Source of the DNA: Elusimicrobiota bacterium
GTDB taxonomy: Bacteria > CG03 > SLGR01 > JBDRKX01
NCBI GenBank assembly: GCA_043813605.1
Contig: JBDRKX010000007.1
Coordinates: forward strand, 1 to 50,239
DNA length: 50,239 bases
Reading direction: 5' to 3'
Shown here: piece after piece, positions 18,040 to 27,638 of the stretch
Numbering within the stretch: the first letter of the stretch is position 1
Layout of the letters: each line of letters begins with the position of its first letter
Notes under the pieces: generated by a model
What the model was told of the DNA's origin: nothing
Seen by the model: only the letters and a program-made list of their open reading frames with translations
The model's database searches: none
Made by a program: the position numbers and the translations under genes

Positions 18040-19986
18040 TTAAAAAGCTAATTTAATTCCTCCATTAAGTGTTCTTCCTGGAAGAGGGAAATCCTCTCGT
18101 GTCTGGTATTTTTTATCAAATACATTTTTTACACCAAAAAATAACTCCATATAGCTGATTTTTTTTGACACGCGGGCATTTACCACTGTATATTCATCCA
18201 GTTTGTGGGAAATATTAAAATCATCTTTCCATTCTACCCTGCTTGTATAATTAATACCTGCACTGAGTTTAATTTCCTCAGGCGCAGTATAGTCTAAGCG
18301 ATAATTTATTCTGTTATGTGGAGTATATTGAAGAATACTGAATTCCGTATCATCCTCATCCTTTCCTTTACTCTCTAAATATGTATAGTTGAGAGTTTGA
18401 TGCAGCTTATGAAATATCTTTGAATCCAATTCAATTTCAATTCCCTGGTTATATGTTTTGCCCACATTGCTGGGCCGCCATTGATCATAGGCCAGATCAG
18501 GGTCAACCTCTGCCCATTCAATCAAATTTTCAATATCACTTCTAAAAAGTGTAAGTCTGCCCAACAAAATATTGCTTAATACATATTCAACTCCGACGTC
18601 ATAACCCCATGCCGTTTCCGGTTTAATATCAGTATTCCCTTTTGTATCTCCCGCCGAGCCCCAGGCACTGGCCGGCCAGCTTGTGTAAGGAGAATATAAG
18701 TCTTCAAATGTCGGAGCTCTGAAAGACCGGCCGATGTTAGCTGAAAATTTCAGGTCATCAGACATTCTATATACAACTGTTCCCTGCGGGTTTAGCTGTC
18801 CCTCATAGACTGAGTGGGCATCATAACGCAATCCTAAAATAAAACTGACCGGATTATAATCAAGTGTCTGCTGAATAAAAACAGCTTTGTTGGAAGTGTC
18901 CTTATCTATATCTGTTATTGCCGGAGTAACTGTTTTATCATTTCTTGTAAAATTATCCCAGGAAATATTACCGCCGGAAACAAATCCGAATGACGTATTA
19001 CCCTGTATTTCAACACCGTAAGTTACTGTCTGCGATAAATCATCCGTATATGCTGACGGAGCATCGTACCTGCTATCAGTATAATTCGCATAAAGCCTTG
19101 TTTTAATTGAAAGTGTCTCATTTACTTCGTTATTCGATTCAATCAGCAGAAACCTGTTCAATATATCCATGGTAGCTTCAGGTGACTGCGCAATCCTCTC
19201 CACATCTCCGTCGTAATCAGCTATATCTGTAGTATTCTTACCTGGCACTCCAATCATACCTTTATGCAGTATAAACTGTCCATCTATATCACCAAAACCC
19301 TTAATTGTTTTCCCGGCTTTTACAATGTAATCATTCCCGTCATAAGCGCTGTTTTCCCTCCATCCATCCGAATCTTCAACGGCAGCAGAAACCATAGCCC
19401 TGTTTGAACCGTTATTATGCTGAAGCAGTACGTTATATTTACTGGTATGAAAGGCGCTTTCTTTTAAATTTATTATTAACGAAGGCTGGGCGACAGCCGG
19501 TTTTTGAGTAATAATGTTTATTATGCCTCCTAATGCATTTGCACCCCAGACTGCCGAAGACGGCCCGCGGATAATCTCTATACGCTCAATAAAATCTACA
19601 GGTATCTCCTCCAGGTCGGCGCTGCCCATTGCGGCATTATTTATCGGCTGATTATCTATCATTACAAGAACCTGTTTCGACGTATCCCCTCCGCTTCTTA
19701 TTCTGATATCACGCGTTGCTCCGCGGGTGCCCCTGCTGCTGACATCTGATATCCCGGCTATCGATTCAAGGGCTTCTGCAACTGTATTTGCGCCTTTATC
19801 ATCAATTTCTTTTTTTGTAATAACCTCCACATTCGTTCCGTAATCAGACAATGTACCCTCATGCCTTGAAGGCGTTACTACAACTACTCCCATATTTCCC
19901 AGATAACTGGAATCATCCTGCGCCTTCAGATTTCCAAGCTGAAAAACCAGCAAACCTGCCCCCAATAACAATCTCACATTCTTCAT
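18040..19986 (-). CDS. btuB: TonB-dependent cobalamin receptor (BtuB-like)
   Basis: TonB box VVVTPSR, plug motif IERIEIIRGPSSAVWGANALGGIINIIT, FRAPT, NVFDKKY, terminal Phe; riboswitch upstream. ATG 19986 follows SD AAGGAG. Confidence 0.9.
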   Translation of the reverse strand: MKNVRLLLGAGLLVFQLGNLKAQDDSSYLGNMGVVVVTPSRHEGTLSDYGTNVEVITKKEIDDKGANTVAEALESIAGISDVSSRGTRGATRDIRIRSGGDTSKQVLVMIDNQPINNAAMGSADLEEIPVDFIERIEIIRGPSSAVWGANALGGIINIITQKPAVAQPSLIINLKESAFHTSKYNVLLQHNNGSNRAMVSAAVEDSDGWRENSAYDGNDYIVKAGKTIKGFGDIDGQFILHKGMIGVPGKNTTDIADYDGDVERIAQSPEATMDILNRFLLIESNNEVNETLSIKTRLYANYTDSRYDAPSAYTDDLSQTVTYGVEIQGNTSFGFVSGGNISWDNFTRNDKTVTPAITDIDKDTSNKAVFIQQTLDYNPVSFILGLRYDAHSVYEGQLNPQGTVVYRMSDDLKFSANIGRSFRAPTFEDLYSPYTSWPASAWGSAGDTKGNTDIKPETAWGYDVGVEYVLSNILLGRLTLFRSDIENLIEWAEVDPDLAYDQWRPSNVGKTYNQGIEIELDSKIFHKLHQTLNYTYLESKGKDEDDTEFSILQYTPHNRINYRLDYTAPEEIKLSAGINYTSRVEWKDDFNISHKLDEYTVVNARVSKKISYMELFFGVKNVFDKKYQTREDFPLPGRTLNGGIKLAF

Positions 19987-19989
19987 ACT

Positions 19990-20108
19990 CACTCCTTCTC
20001 CTCCCTCGAGGGAACTTCCCGGCTAAGTAATCGCCCGGACTAACCATTTCTGGTATTACCGTTGCGGGGCAGCGGAAGGAATCTCACCTTCACTTCCTCT
20101 ACTCAGCC
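19990..20108 (-). ncRNA. Cobalamin riboswitch, compact class-II type, upstream of btuB (probable translational control)
   Basis: GGCTGAGTAG/TTACTTAGCC closing stem (20021-20108), AGGAAGTG, GAAGG-TGAGATT-CCTTC T-loop arm, CTGCCCCGCAACGGTAA, AGTCCGG, then a CCCTCGAGGG hairpin next to the SD. Confidence 0.9.
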
Positions 20109-20890
20109 AACCTACTATATCTCTCTTTTTCTTCAACAACCGGCCTTATATTATTCCTACCGGTTAATATCGCCAAAGATTCTATAAAATCCTCTTCTGA
20201 AAATACCTCCAGAGTAATCAACCCATCATATTTTATAAACGCCAACATATCTTTTAGCCAGCTAATAATTTCAGAATCAACTTTATTTAACGAGCCATGC
20301 CGGCCCTTCCCGTCAATTTCATATAAATGTATCACTCTGGTTTTATTTATGTACCTGTTAAAATATCTTTTAATATCATATTTATTCTCAATCATATGTC
20401 CTATATCCAGACATATGGAAAAACCAAATTCATTAATTATTTTTTCAATCAGTTCAAGCGGATACTCCAGATTTTCTACACATATTTTATCCGGACTAAT
20501 TGAAATATCTTTTACAATGCTTTGCAGTGAACATCTGATATTTTTTTCCCACTCAAGATCATCCGTTTTATTTATATGAAGTATGTATGCATATGGTTCA
20601 AGGAAAAATACTTCTTTTATAATACGTCTTACTTCATCAACAGCCTGCCGACGAACTGCTTCTTCAGAACTACCTAATTCTAGATCAAGCGGTAAATGTA
20701 CTGTATATGAAAATCCATCTTTTTCACTGCTCTGCTTCATAGCATCCAGTTCATCTTTACCGGGGCTATACCCCTGCTCAAAGAAGAGCAGCTCTATATC
20801 ATCTACTTTATTCTTTAACTTCCTTATATTTTCCAGCATACTTTCAGGGTAAATATATGAGGTAGTTCCTATTCTATAATTAAAACTCAT
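20099..20890 (-). CDS. cbiR: Cobamide-remodelling phosphodiesterase CbiR (AP-endonuclease-2/TIM-barrel fold)
   Basis: RIGTTSYIYP, VDDIELLFFE, TVHLPLD, VENLEYP, CLDIGH, VIHL, TLEVF motifs; located within a cob/btu operon. Confidence 0.8.
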   Translation of the reverse strand: MSFNYRIGTTSYIYPESMLENIRKLKNKVDDIELLFFEQGYSPGKDELDAMKQSSEKDGFSYTVHLPLDLELGSSEEAVRRQAVDEVRRIIKEVFFLEPYAYILHINKTDDLEWEKNIRCSLQSIVKDISISPDKICVENLEYPLELIEKIINEFGFSICLDIGHMIENKYDIKRYFNRYINKTRVIHLYEIDGKGRHGSLNKVDSEIISWLKDMLAFIKYDGLITLEVFSEEDFIESLAILTGRNNIRPVVEEKERYSRLAE

Positions 20891-21674
20891 TTTTTATAGA
20901 ATCCTTTGATACTACAAATACATGAGGTTTTTTTGAAACAGGATTCTCTTTTACAACCACAACTGTTTTGTAGACTTCTTCTATGTTCTTGTAACTAAGT
21001 ACTTCACCTGGCTCTCCGGCACTATGTACCCGTCCATTGTTTATAAGCACCAGCCGGTCACAATATTCGCTGGCAAGGTTAAGGTCATGAAGTACCATTA
21101 CTACAGTAATACCATGTTCTTTCTTTAATTCGCGTATCAAATCAAGGATTGCAGACTGGTGAGATATATCCAGATGTGCCGTAGGTTCGTCAAGCAGAAT
21201 CAGCTTTGTTTCCTGACACAACGCTCTGGCAATCATAGCAAGCTGCCTCTCTCCTCCGCTTATTTCTTTTAAAGCATGATCCTTTAATTTACTGATCCCG
21301 GACATCTCCATATACTTCGCTGCCAACTCTTCATCCCTGCTGGTCTCAAAAAACTGCAACCTGCCGTAATAAGGTATCCGGCCCATAAGGACAAACTCCT
21401 CTACAGTCATATAACTGTCTTCAACACCCTGAGAAACTACAGCAACTCTCCGGGCCATTTCCCTTATGCTAGTCTTCGACGTATCTTTTCCGTCAATCCG
21501 TATTGTCCCGCTTACAGGATTTATTATAGCGGTTATTGCCCTGAGCATAGTTGTTTTACCTGAACCATTGGGGCCGACAATTCCAATAATCTCCCCGCTA
21601 TTCACATTAAAACTGATATCGCGGAGAACGACCTTTGAACCGTAACCACATGTAAGTTTATCTATATCAAGCAT
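20880..21674 (-). CDS. btuD: Cobalamin ABC transporter ATP-binding subunit
   Basis: GPNGSGKT, ISGGERQ, LLDEPTAHLD, VLHDLNLA motifs. Confidence 0.9.
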   Translation of the reverse strand: MLDIDKLTCGYGSKVVLRDISFNVNSGEIIGIVGPNGSGKTTMLRAITAIINPVSGTIRIDGKDTSKTSIREMARRVAVVSQGVEDSYMTVEEFVLMGRIPYYGRLQFFETSRDEELAAKYMEMSGISKLKDHALKEISGGERQLAMIARALCQETKLILLDEPTAHLDISHQSAILDLIRELKKEHGITVVMVLHDLNLASEYCDRLVLINNGRVHSAGEPGEVLSYKNIEEVYKTVVVVKENPVSKKPHVFVVSKDSIKNEF

Positions 21675-21675
21675 A

Positions 21676-22686
21676 TTATTTTAACGCCACCGGCCTCTTT
21701 GACAAAGCATATATAAAAAGCGCACCTCCAAGGATTCCTGTTATAACGCCTACCGGCAGCTCCATGGGAGCAACAATCGTCCTTGCGAGCGTATCACAGA
21801 AAATCAGAAAAAGAGCGCCGGCAAGATAAGAGCCTATTAACAGTATACGATGATCACTGCCGATAAACATCCTGACAAAATGAGGAACAACAAGACCTAT
21901 GAAACCTATTATTCCCGCGACTGAAACACTCATACCTGTAAGCAGCGACGCTATGAAAAATAAATATTTCTTTGTACGCTCTACATTTATTCCAATGTGT
22001 CTTGCCTCTTCCTCCCCTAAAGACAACCCGTTTAAGTCAAAACAGAAAAAATATGCCGCCAGCAGCCCCACTAACGATACGATAAGAGCAAGCTTAATAA
22101 ATATCCAGTCCGGCTCTGCCAGCGAACCCATTACCCAGAAAACTATTCCATGCAAATCATCCGTATGTGAAACAGCCATAATAAGCATAATCAGCGCAGA
22201 GGACATAAAACTTATCATAACTCCTGTAAGCAAGATCCCCTGTATTTCCAGAACACCCCTTTTCATACTGAATGAATAGACGAGAAATACTACTAAAAGC
22301 GCTCCGGCAAGGCCAAAGACTGAAAGAGACATATCACCCATAAAACGGTTTAGCCCAAAAACAATATTCAGACTTACCCCTAAAGCAGCGCCACCGGAAA
22401 TCCCAAGAGTATACGGTTCTACAAGCGGATTACGAAACATTCCCTGCAGCAACACGCCGGCAACACTTAATGCACCGCCGATGGCCAGCCCCAGAAGAAT
22501 CCGGGGAAGGCGTATATCAACAAGGATACTATATTCGATACTGTTATCCGGCCGCAAGAGTAACTCAAGTGCCTTCTTAAAAGGAATACTGACCGATCCT
22601 ATTGATAAAGATACTACAGCTATACCAAACAAAATACCCGCCAGTACACAAATCCATACAAGCCAGCTTAAATGTTTTTTATTCAT
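21676..22686 (-). CDS. btuC: Cobalamin ABC transporter permease (FecCD/BtuC family)
   Basis: IRLPR, FRNPLVEPYTLGISGGA, GEEEARHIG, IGFIGLVVPH, ELPVG motifs. Confidence 0.9.
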   Translation of the reverse strand: MNKKHLSWLVWICVLAGILFGIAVVSLSIGSVSIPFKKALELLLRPDNSIEYSILVDIRLPRILLGLAIGGALSVAGVLLQGMFRNPLVEPYTLGISGGAALGVSLNIVFGLNRFMGDMSLSVFGLAGALLVVFLVYSFSMKRGVLEIQGILLTGVMISFMSSALIMLIMAVSHTDDLHGIVFWVMGSLAEPDWIFIKLALIVSLVGLLAAYFFCFDLNGLSLGEEEARHIGINVERTKKYLFFIASLLTGMSVSVAGIIGFIGLVVPHFVRMFIGSDHRILLIGSYLAGALFLIFCDTLARTIVAPMELPVGVITGILGGALFIYALSKRPVALK

Positions 22687-23551
22687 TTAATTCACTCGCA
22701 TATCCGGGATGCAGCAGAGCGAATATCTTATCAATGCTCTTAATTAATCCGGTTGGCGTAGGACTGCATATTTCATAGGCATCAACAATATGAATCCTGT
22801 TATTTTTTGCAGCATTCAGAGTTCTATAACTTCCCCATACATTTTTTTCACGTTCTCCGGTAATACCCATTGTAATAATAAATATTACTTCTGGATTTGC
22901 CTTAAGTACTTCCTCGCGGCTATAAAGGCCGCTTTTTGCTTTTTTCGCGATATTAACCCCTCCTGAGTATTCCAGAAAATCATTAACAAACGTGTCTCCT
23001 GTTGCAGTAAATAACGGATCAGCGCCTATCTGAAAGAAGACTCTTGGCTTTGATAAATCCGCTGCTTTATCTTTAACTTCCATAAGTTTATTTTTAACAG
23101 TATTAACTATCACACGGGCTGCTGCTTCCTTACCCAGCATTCTCCCTAACCGCTGGAAATCATTTAACAACTGTAAAAAATTCTCCGGCTGTTTGAATAC
23201 TTCCACCCTTAAACCCAGTTTTCCTAATTTTCTTATGAGCCTTGGATTAGTCAATGAAATAGCCAGCACCAGATCAGGTTTAAGAGATACTATCTTTTCT
23301 ATATCCGCATCAACTACACTTCCTATCTTTTCCTTATCAACAGCCTCTGCCGGACGTTTACAGTAAGATGTATTAGCAACCAGCCTGTCCCCGCATCCAA
23401 GCAGATAGATCCACTCCGTAACTGCAGGGCCAAGAGATATAATCCTTTCAGGCAAATCTGCCGCAAAAATATTTTGCAGCATAACAATCTGGATAATTAT
23501 AATAAAAATATTTAGTTTTCCATACTTAAAAAAACTTATTGTTTTTTTCAT
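22679..23551 (-). CDS. btuF: Cobalamin-binding periplasmic protein
   Basis: PERIISLGPAVTE, DIEKIVSLKPDLV, SREEVLKANPEVI motifs. Confidence 0.88.
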   Translation of the reverse strand: MKKTISFFKYGKLNIFIIIIQIVMLQNIFAADLPERIISLGPAVTEWIYLLGCGDRLVANTSYCKRPAEAVDKEKIGSVVDADIEKIVSLKPDLVLAISLTNPRLIRKLGKLGLRVEVFKQPENFLQLLNDFQRLGRMLGKEAAARVIVNTVKNKLMEVKDKAADLSKPRVFFQIGADPLFTATGDTFVNDFLEYSGGVNIAKKAKSGLYSREEVLKANPEVIFIITMGITGEREKNVWGSYRTLNAAKNNRIHIVDAYEICSPTPTGLIKSIDKIFALLHPGYASELNE

Positions 23552-23553
23552 AT

Positions 23554-25050
23554 TTATTCAGCATTTAAGATACTATACAGGCGTTTCATATTAAGATTCC
23601 TGCGTACATGCCGGGCCAATTTTTCAAATTCCTTATCCACATCATACCGGGCACCTTTTTTAAGGGCTGTCCATCCTTTTTCTTTTCTAATTTTATTCAG
23701 AAAGTTTCTCCTGTAAATATCGTTATCAAATATCCCATGTAAATATGTTCCCAAACACCGCCCACCGTAACTGACAGCACCATCATCATAATAATCTCCC
23801 CCACTATATACCCTGAACAAACCCTTCATACTATCACCCATCTCAGTCAAACCATGATGTATTTCATAACCCGATATTTTACTGCCTGTTTCAATATCTT
23901 CTGCATTTACCTGAGATAATTTCTTTTCCATTGAAAAATAAGTTTTTACGGGTAATACTCCAAGTCCAGCGATCTCTTTTTCTTTTGATTCCACACTGTC
24001 TTTGTCATATATTTTCCCGCCCAGCATTTGATACCCGCCACAGATACCCATAAGCATTGCTCCTGACCCGCCGGCAAACTCCGAAATAATTTTCTGTGCC
24101 AAACCGCTTTTTTTTAAATACTTCAAATCTCCTATGGTATTCTTTGTTCCCGGAATAATTATAACGTCTGAATCCGCCAGATCATCATTCTCTTTAATAT
24201 ACCTCAATGACACATCCTGCTCCATCTCCAGCGCATCGAAATCAGTAAAATTTGAGATATGCGGCAGATATATAACACTTACTTTAATTTTATTACTTTG
24301 ATCTTTTATCACTGATTTAGTTTCCAGCGGTACAGAATCCTCCTCCGGTATTTTTATATCATGAAAATACGGTATAACCCCCAGAACTTTTATCCCGGTA
24401 TATTTTTCAAGAAAAGTAATACCGGATCTTAATAATCTTTTATCTCCGCGAAACTTGTTTATTATAATCCCCTTAACCATTGCCCTCTCTTTTTCTGTCA
24501 ATAACTGCAATGTCCCTACAACCCATGCAAAAACTCCGCCCTTATCTATGTCTCCTACCAGTATGACCGGCGCCCCGGACATTTCAGCAGTCTTCATGTT
24601 TACAATATCATCTTCCCTGAGATTTACTTCCGCAGGACTGCCGGCTCCCTCTATTACTATTATATCGTACTCATTGCTTAACTTCTTAAACGATTTTTTA
24701 ACCTCACCAAAAGCAACCTTCTTATAATTTTTATACTCATATACGGACATATTATTCACCGGCTGCCCCATCAATATTATCTGTGCAGAAGTATCCGCTG
24801 TGGGTTTTATTAAAACAGGATTCATTTCTACGGTCGGTTTTATCTTAGCCGCCAATGCCTGCGTAGCCTGCGCCCTGCCTATCTCACCCCCATTTTCCGT
24901 AACAAATGAATTCAGGGCCATATTCTGGGATTTAAATGGCGCAACTGAATACCCGTCCTGTAAAAAAATACGACAGAGGGCCGAAACCAGCACGCTCTTA
25001 CCTACACCGGAACCCGTCCCCTGAACCATAATTGCCTTTGCCTTACTCAT
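23554..25050 (-). CDS. cobQ: Cobyric acid synthase CobQ/CbiP
   Basis: QGTGSGVGKS, PFKSQNMALNS, EGAGSPAEVNL, ISNFTD, GICGGYQMLG, GYEIH, GTYLHG motifs. Confidence 0.96.
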   Translation of the reverse strand: MSKAKAIMVQGTGSGVGKSVLVSALCRIFLQDGYSVAPFKSQNMALNSFVTENGGEIGRAQATQALAAKIKPTVEMNPVLIKPTADTSAQIILMGQPVNNMSVYEYKNYKKVAFGEVKKSFKKLSNEYDIIVIEGAGSPAEVNLREDDIVNMKTAEMSGAPVILVGDIDKGGVFAWVVGTLQLLTEKERAMVKGIIINKFRGDKRLLRSGITFLEKYTGIKVLGVIPYFHDIKIPEEDSVPLETKSVIKDQSNKIKVSVIYLPHISNFTDFDALEMEQDVSLRYIKENDDLADSDVIIIPGTKNTIGDLKYLKKSGLAQKIISEFAGGSGAMLMGICGGYQMLGGKIYDKDSVESKEKEIAGLGVLPVKTYFSMEKKLSQVNAEDIETGSKISGYEIHHGLTEMGDSMKGLFRVYSGGDYYDDGAVSYGGRCLGTYLHGIFDNDIYRRNFLNKIRKEKGWTALKKGARYDVDKEFEKLARHVRRNLNMKRLYSILNAE

Positions 25051-25796
25051 TAAACCAGAAAACCTCTTCCTGCATACAACAATAAAAGAACCAGCACTTC
25101 ATTCACTTCGTTCAATGCTCCCAGCGTATCGCCGGTAACACCACCAATTTTCTTTTTAATAATTAACCCGAAAATACATGTAACCAAAAAAATAAAAACT
25201 AATGCCGTGCACCCGATAACACCCAGAACAAAATAAACTATGACTAAAACACTTAATGTTGCAATTAAAAGTCTTATCAACTTTAAATCCTTAAAAAATG
25301 ACTCCGCCTTACCCTGTTGGCGGGCATAATCAAACAGATAAACAGCAACAACCAGACTCCATCTGCTTACAGCCGGCATAATAAGTAAAGCCTTAAACCT
25401 TACATCTGATACAAGCGCACTCAAAAAACCGATCTTTAATAGAACAATACCGACAATACCCAGTACTCCCATTGTGCCGACATGACTGTCACGCATAATA
25501 CTTAAGATTTCATCCCTGTTTCTGCCGGCATAAAACCCATCCATGGTATCTGCCAGCCCATCTATGTGTAGCCCTCCGGTAATAACTGCCGATACCAGAA
25601 TAACAATTATACATAACAGCAAATTGGGAACCAGATTTCCCAATAAACTGGCAGTAAAGGCAAGTATTATTCCAATTAAGAGCCCGACTAAAGGAAAAGA
25701 CACTATTGACTCAGCAATAGTATTTTTCTCACTGTCATGTTTAAAACCCAGCGGTATAATAGTAAGAAATCGTAACGCAAAAATAAAACTTTTCAA
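25050..25796 (-). CDS. cobS: Adenosylcobinamide-GDP ribazoletransferase (cobamide synthase)
   Basis: FLTIIP, TGGLHIDGLADTMDG, IMRDSHVG, GGVTGDTLGA motifs. Confidence 0.96.
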   Translation of the reverse strand: MKSFIFALRFLTIIPLGFKHDSEKNTIAESIVSFPLVGLLIGIILAFTASLLGNLVPNLLLCIIVILVSAVITGGLHIDGLADTMDGFYAGRNRDEILSIMRDSHVGTMGVLGIVGIVLLKIGFLSALVSDVRFKALLIMPAVSRWSLVVAVYLFDYARQQGKAESFFKDLKLIRLLIATLSVLVIVYFVLGVIGCTALVFIFLVTCIFGLIIKKKIGGVTGDTLGALNEVNEVLVLLLLYAGRGFLV

Positions 25797-25813
25797 CTAT
25801 AATAACTCCACAA

Positions 25814-26875
25814 CTACTCTTCCTCTTTTTCCGAGACACCCGCGCTTTCAAAGGTTGCCATCTCTTTCAGGATCTTTACCCCCATTTCAACTATCGAAAT
25901 CCCAATAACAGCTCCCGTTCCTTCTCCCAGCCTCAGGTTGAAATCCACCAGCGGCTTAAGTCCAAGATGCTCCAAAACAACCTTATGCCCCTGTTCTACG
26001 GAGCAATGCGAAGCAATCATATATTCTACTGATTCAGGCTTTAACCCGTATGCTATTAATGCGGCAGCGCCTGAAATAAAACCATCTATAACAACAGGTA
26101 TATTATTTGCTGCTCCGGCCAGAATAACACCGGCCAGGCCGCCTATCTCAAAGCCGCCCACCTTCATTAAAATGTCTATCGCATCATTTGCATCGGGCAT
26201 ATTTACCTGAAGAGCTTTTTCTATGACTTTAATCTTAGTTTCAAGCCCTGAATCATCAATACCGGTTCCTCTTCCGGTGATTTCTCTGACATCTCTTCCG
26301 GTGACAGCAGCAACAATAGCGCTTGAAGGCGTAGTATTGCCTATTCCCATATCTCCCGTACCTATAATATCCAATCCGTTTTTCATTTCTTCTTCTACAA
26401 GTTCAATACCAGCTTCAATAGCTCTTATCGCTTCATCTCTGGTCATTGCCGGGCCTTTTACCATATTATCCGTACCTTTTCTAATTTTTTTATTCTTAAA
26501 CACAGGGCTGTTAATCACCAATTCGTCTTTTACTCCCAGGTCAGCCACAATGACCCTGGCTCCCGCATGCCCGGCCAGAACATTTATCCCCGCGCCGCCA
26601 TTTATAAAATTCAAAACCATTTGCAGAGTAACTTCCTGCGGGAATGCGCTTACCCCCTCCTCAACTACCCCGTGATCCCCGGCCAGTGTAAAAACAACCT
26701 TATCTTTTAAGTTTGGTGACAACGTTTCCTTTATCAGACAGTACTTCTTTGCAAGTTCCTCCAGTACACCGAGGCTGCCTGGCGGCTTTGTAAGAAAATC
26801 CAGTTTCTTCTGTATATCATTTTCAATTGCTTTATTGACAGATGATATTTTTTCCAGGCATTCTTTTAAATTCAT
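25814..26875 (-). CDS. cobT: Nicotinate-nucleotide-dimethylbenzimidazole phosphoribosyltransferase
   Basis: LTKPPGSLGVLE, GDHGV, GDMGIGNTT, DGFI, RLGEGTGA motifs. Confidence 0.97.
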   Translation of the reverse strand: MNLKECLEKISSVNKAIENDIQKKLDFLTKPPGSLGVLEELAKKYCLIKETLSPNLKDKVVFTLAGDHGVVEEGVSAFPQEVTLQMVLNFINGGAGINVLAGHAGARVIVADLGVKDELVINSPVFKNKKIRKGTDNMVKGPAMTRDEAIRAIEAGIELVEEEMKNGLDIIGTGDMGIGNTTPSSAIVAAVTGRDVREITGRGTGIDDSGLETKIKVIEKALQVNMPDANDAIDILMKVGGFEIGGLAGVILAGAANNIPVVIDGFISGAAALIAYGLKPESVEYMIASHCSVEQGHKVVLEHLGLKPLVDFNLRLGEGTGAVIGISIVEMGVKILKEMATFESAGVSEKEEE

Positions 26876-26892
26876 GATTTTTTTTATCCCTA

Positions 26893-27444
26893 CTAAGCCC
26901 GGTTATCGCAATAACCGGGCTTAATCTTCACATCTACACCAGAAACCATCCAATATACTTCATCAGCTTTCGAAGATATTAACTGATTGATTTTTCCAAT
27001 AATATCACCATAAAGACGTGCCAGTTTATTTTCAGGAATAATACCGCTGCCTACTTCGTTTGTAATAAAAATGGCATTTAATTGTTTCTCTTTTACAGCA
27101 GCAATAGTTTTCTCCATCCTGTTTTTAATTTCTTCAAAACCCATGGAATCCAATTCCATCTTACCTAATATATTTATAAGCCAGAGAGTAACACAATCTA
27201 TTAATACGGTACTCCCTACAGGAATACTCTCAATTGCACCTGTCAGATCTTCCGGTTCTTCTATGGTCTTCCAATAATCTTTTCTATTAGTTTTGTGTCT
27301 CTCGATCCGTTCGGTCATTTCAGGATCCAGGGGCTGGGCGGTGGCAAGAAAATATAAGTTTTTATTATCACGTGACTTTTCCACTAATGAAAGCGCAAAA
27401 TTACTCTTACCTGACTTTATTCCGCCTGTTATTAAAGTAATCAT
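26893..27444 (-). CDS. cobU: Bifunctional adenosylcobinamide kinase/adenosylcobinamide-phosphate guanylyltransferase
   Basis: MITLITGGIKSGKS, ATA, RIERH, TIEEP, DCVTLW, NEVGSG motifs. Start placed at ATG 27444; the track's 30-aa extension runs through the leader RNA. Confidence 0.95.
   Translation of the reverse strand: MITLITGGIKSGKSNFALSLVEKSRDNKNLYFLATAQPLDPEMTERIERHKTNRKDYWKTIEEPEDLTGAIESIPVGSTVLIDCVTLWLINILGKMELDSMGFEEIKNRMEKTIAAVKEKQLNAIFITNEVGSGIIPENKLARLYGDIIGKINQLISSKADEVYWMVSGVDVKIKPGYCDNRA
26894..26923. repeat. Perfect 13-bp inverted repeat at the cobU-cobT junction
   Basis: TAAGCCCGGTTAT-cgca-ATAACCGGGCTTA. Confidence 0.85.
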
Positions 27445-27456
27445 AATAATGAAAAT

Positions 27457-27485
27457 AAAAAAACCCGCGGTAAACTCCCGCGGGT
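27457..27485 (-). terminator. Intrinsic terminator (riboswitch expression platform) before cobU
   Basis: ACCCGCGG-GAGTTTA-CCGCGGGT hairpin running into a T7 tract on the minus strand. Confidence 0.88.
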
Positions 27486-27507
27486 AAGGCTTATTTATTA
27501 TTCCTCT

Positions 27508-27600
27508 CTTTCCCTCGAAAGTAATTATAATCAACAGGTATCCGGACTTATCACCGTTGCGGGGCAGTATCCGATTCTAACGGAATTTCCCCTGTTAATT
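27508..27600 (-). ncRNA. Cobalamin riboswitch, minimal class-II type, upstream of cobU
   Basis: AATTAACAGG/CCTGTTGATT stem (27529-27600), GGAAAT, TCCG-TTAGAAT-CGGA, CTGCCCCGCAA, CGG-TGATAAGT-CCG, then kissing hairpin CTTTCGAGGGAAAG (27508-27521). Confidence 0.9.
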
Positions 27601-27607
27601 TACATCT

Positions 27608-27638
27608 ATTATATATCAGATTTTATTCTATATTTCAA
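27608..27638 (-). promoter_or_regulatory. Putative promoter of the cob/btu operon
   Basis: TATAAT (27608-27613) just 5' of the riboswitch; TTGAAA (27633-27638), but the spacer is 19 nt. Confidence 0.4.

Noticed and set aside
20099..20890. DNA-repair endonuclease IV or sugar isomerase
   Set aside because: Same fold, but the GTTS.I.P and ELLFFE motifs and the cob/btu context favour CbiR.
27445..27534. 30-aa N-terminal extension of CobU in the ORF track
   Set aside because: It runs through the riboswitch hairpin and terminator; family homology starts at MITLITGG.
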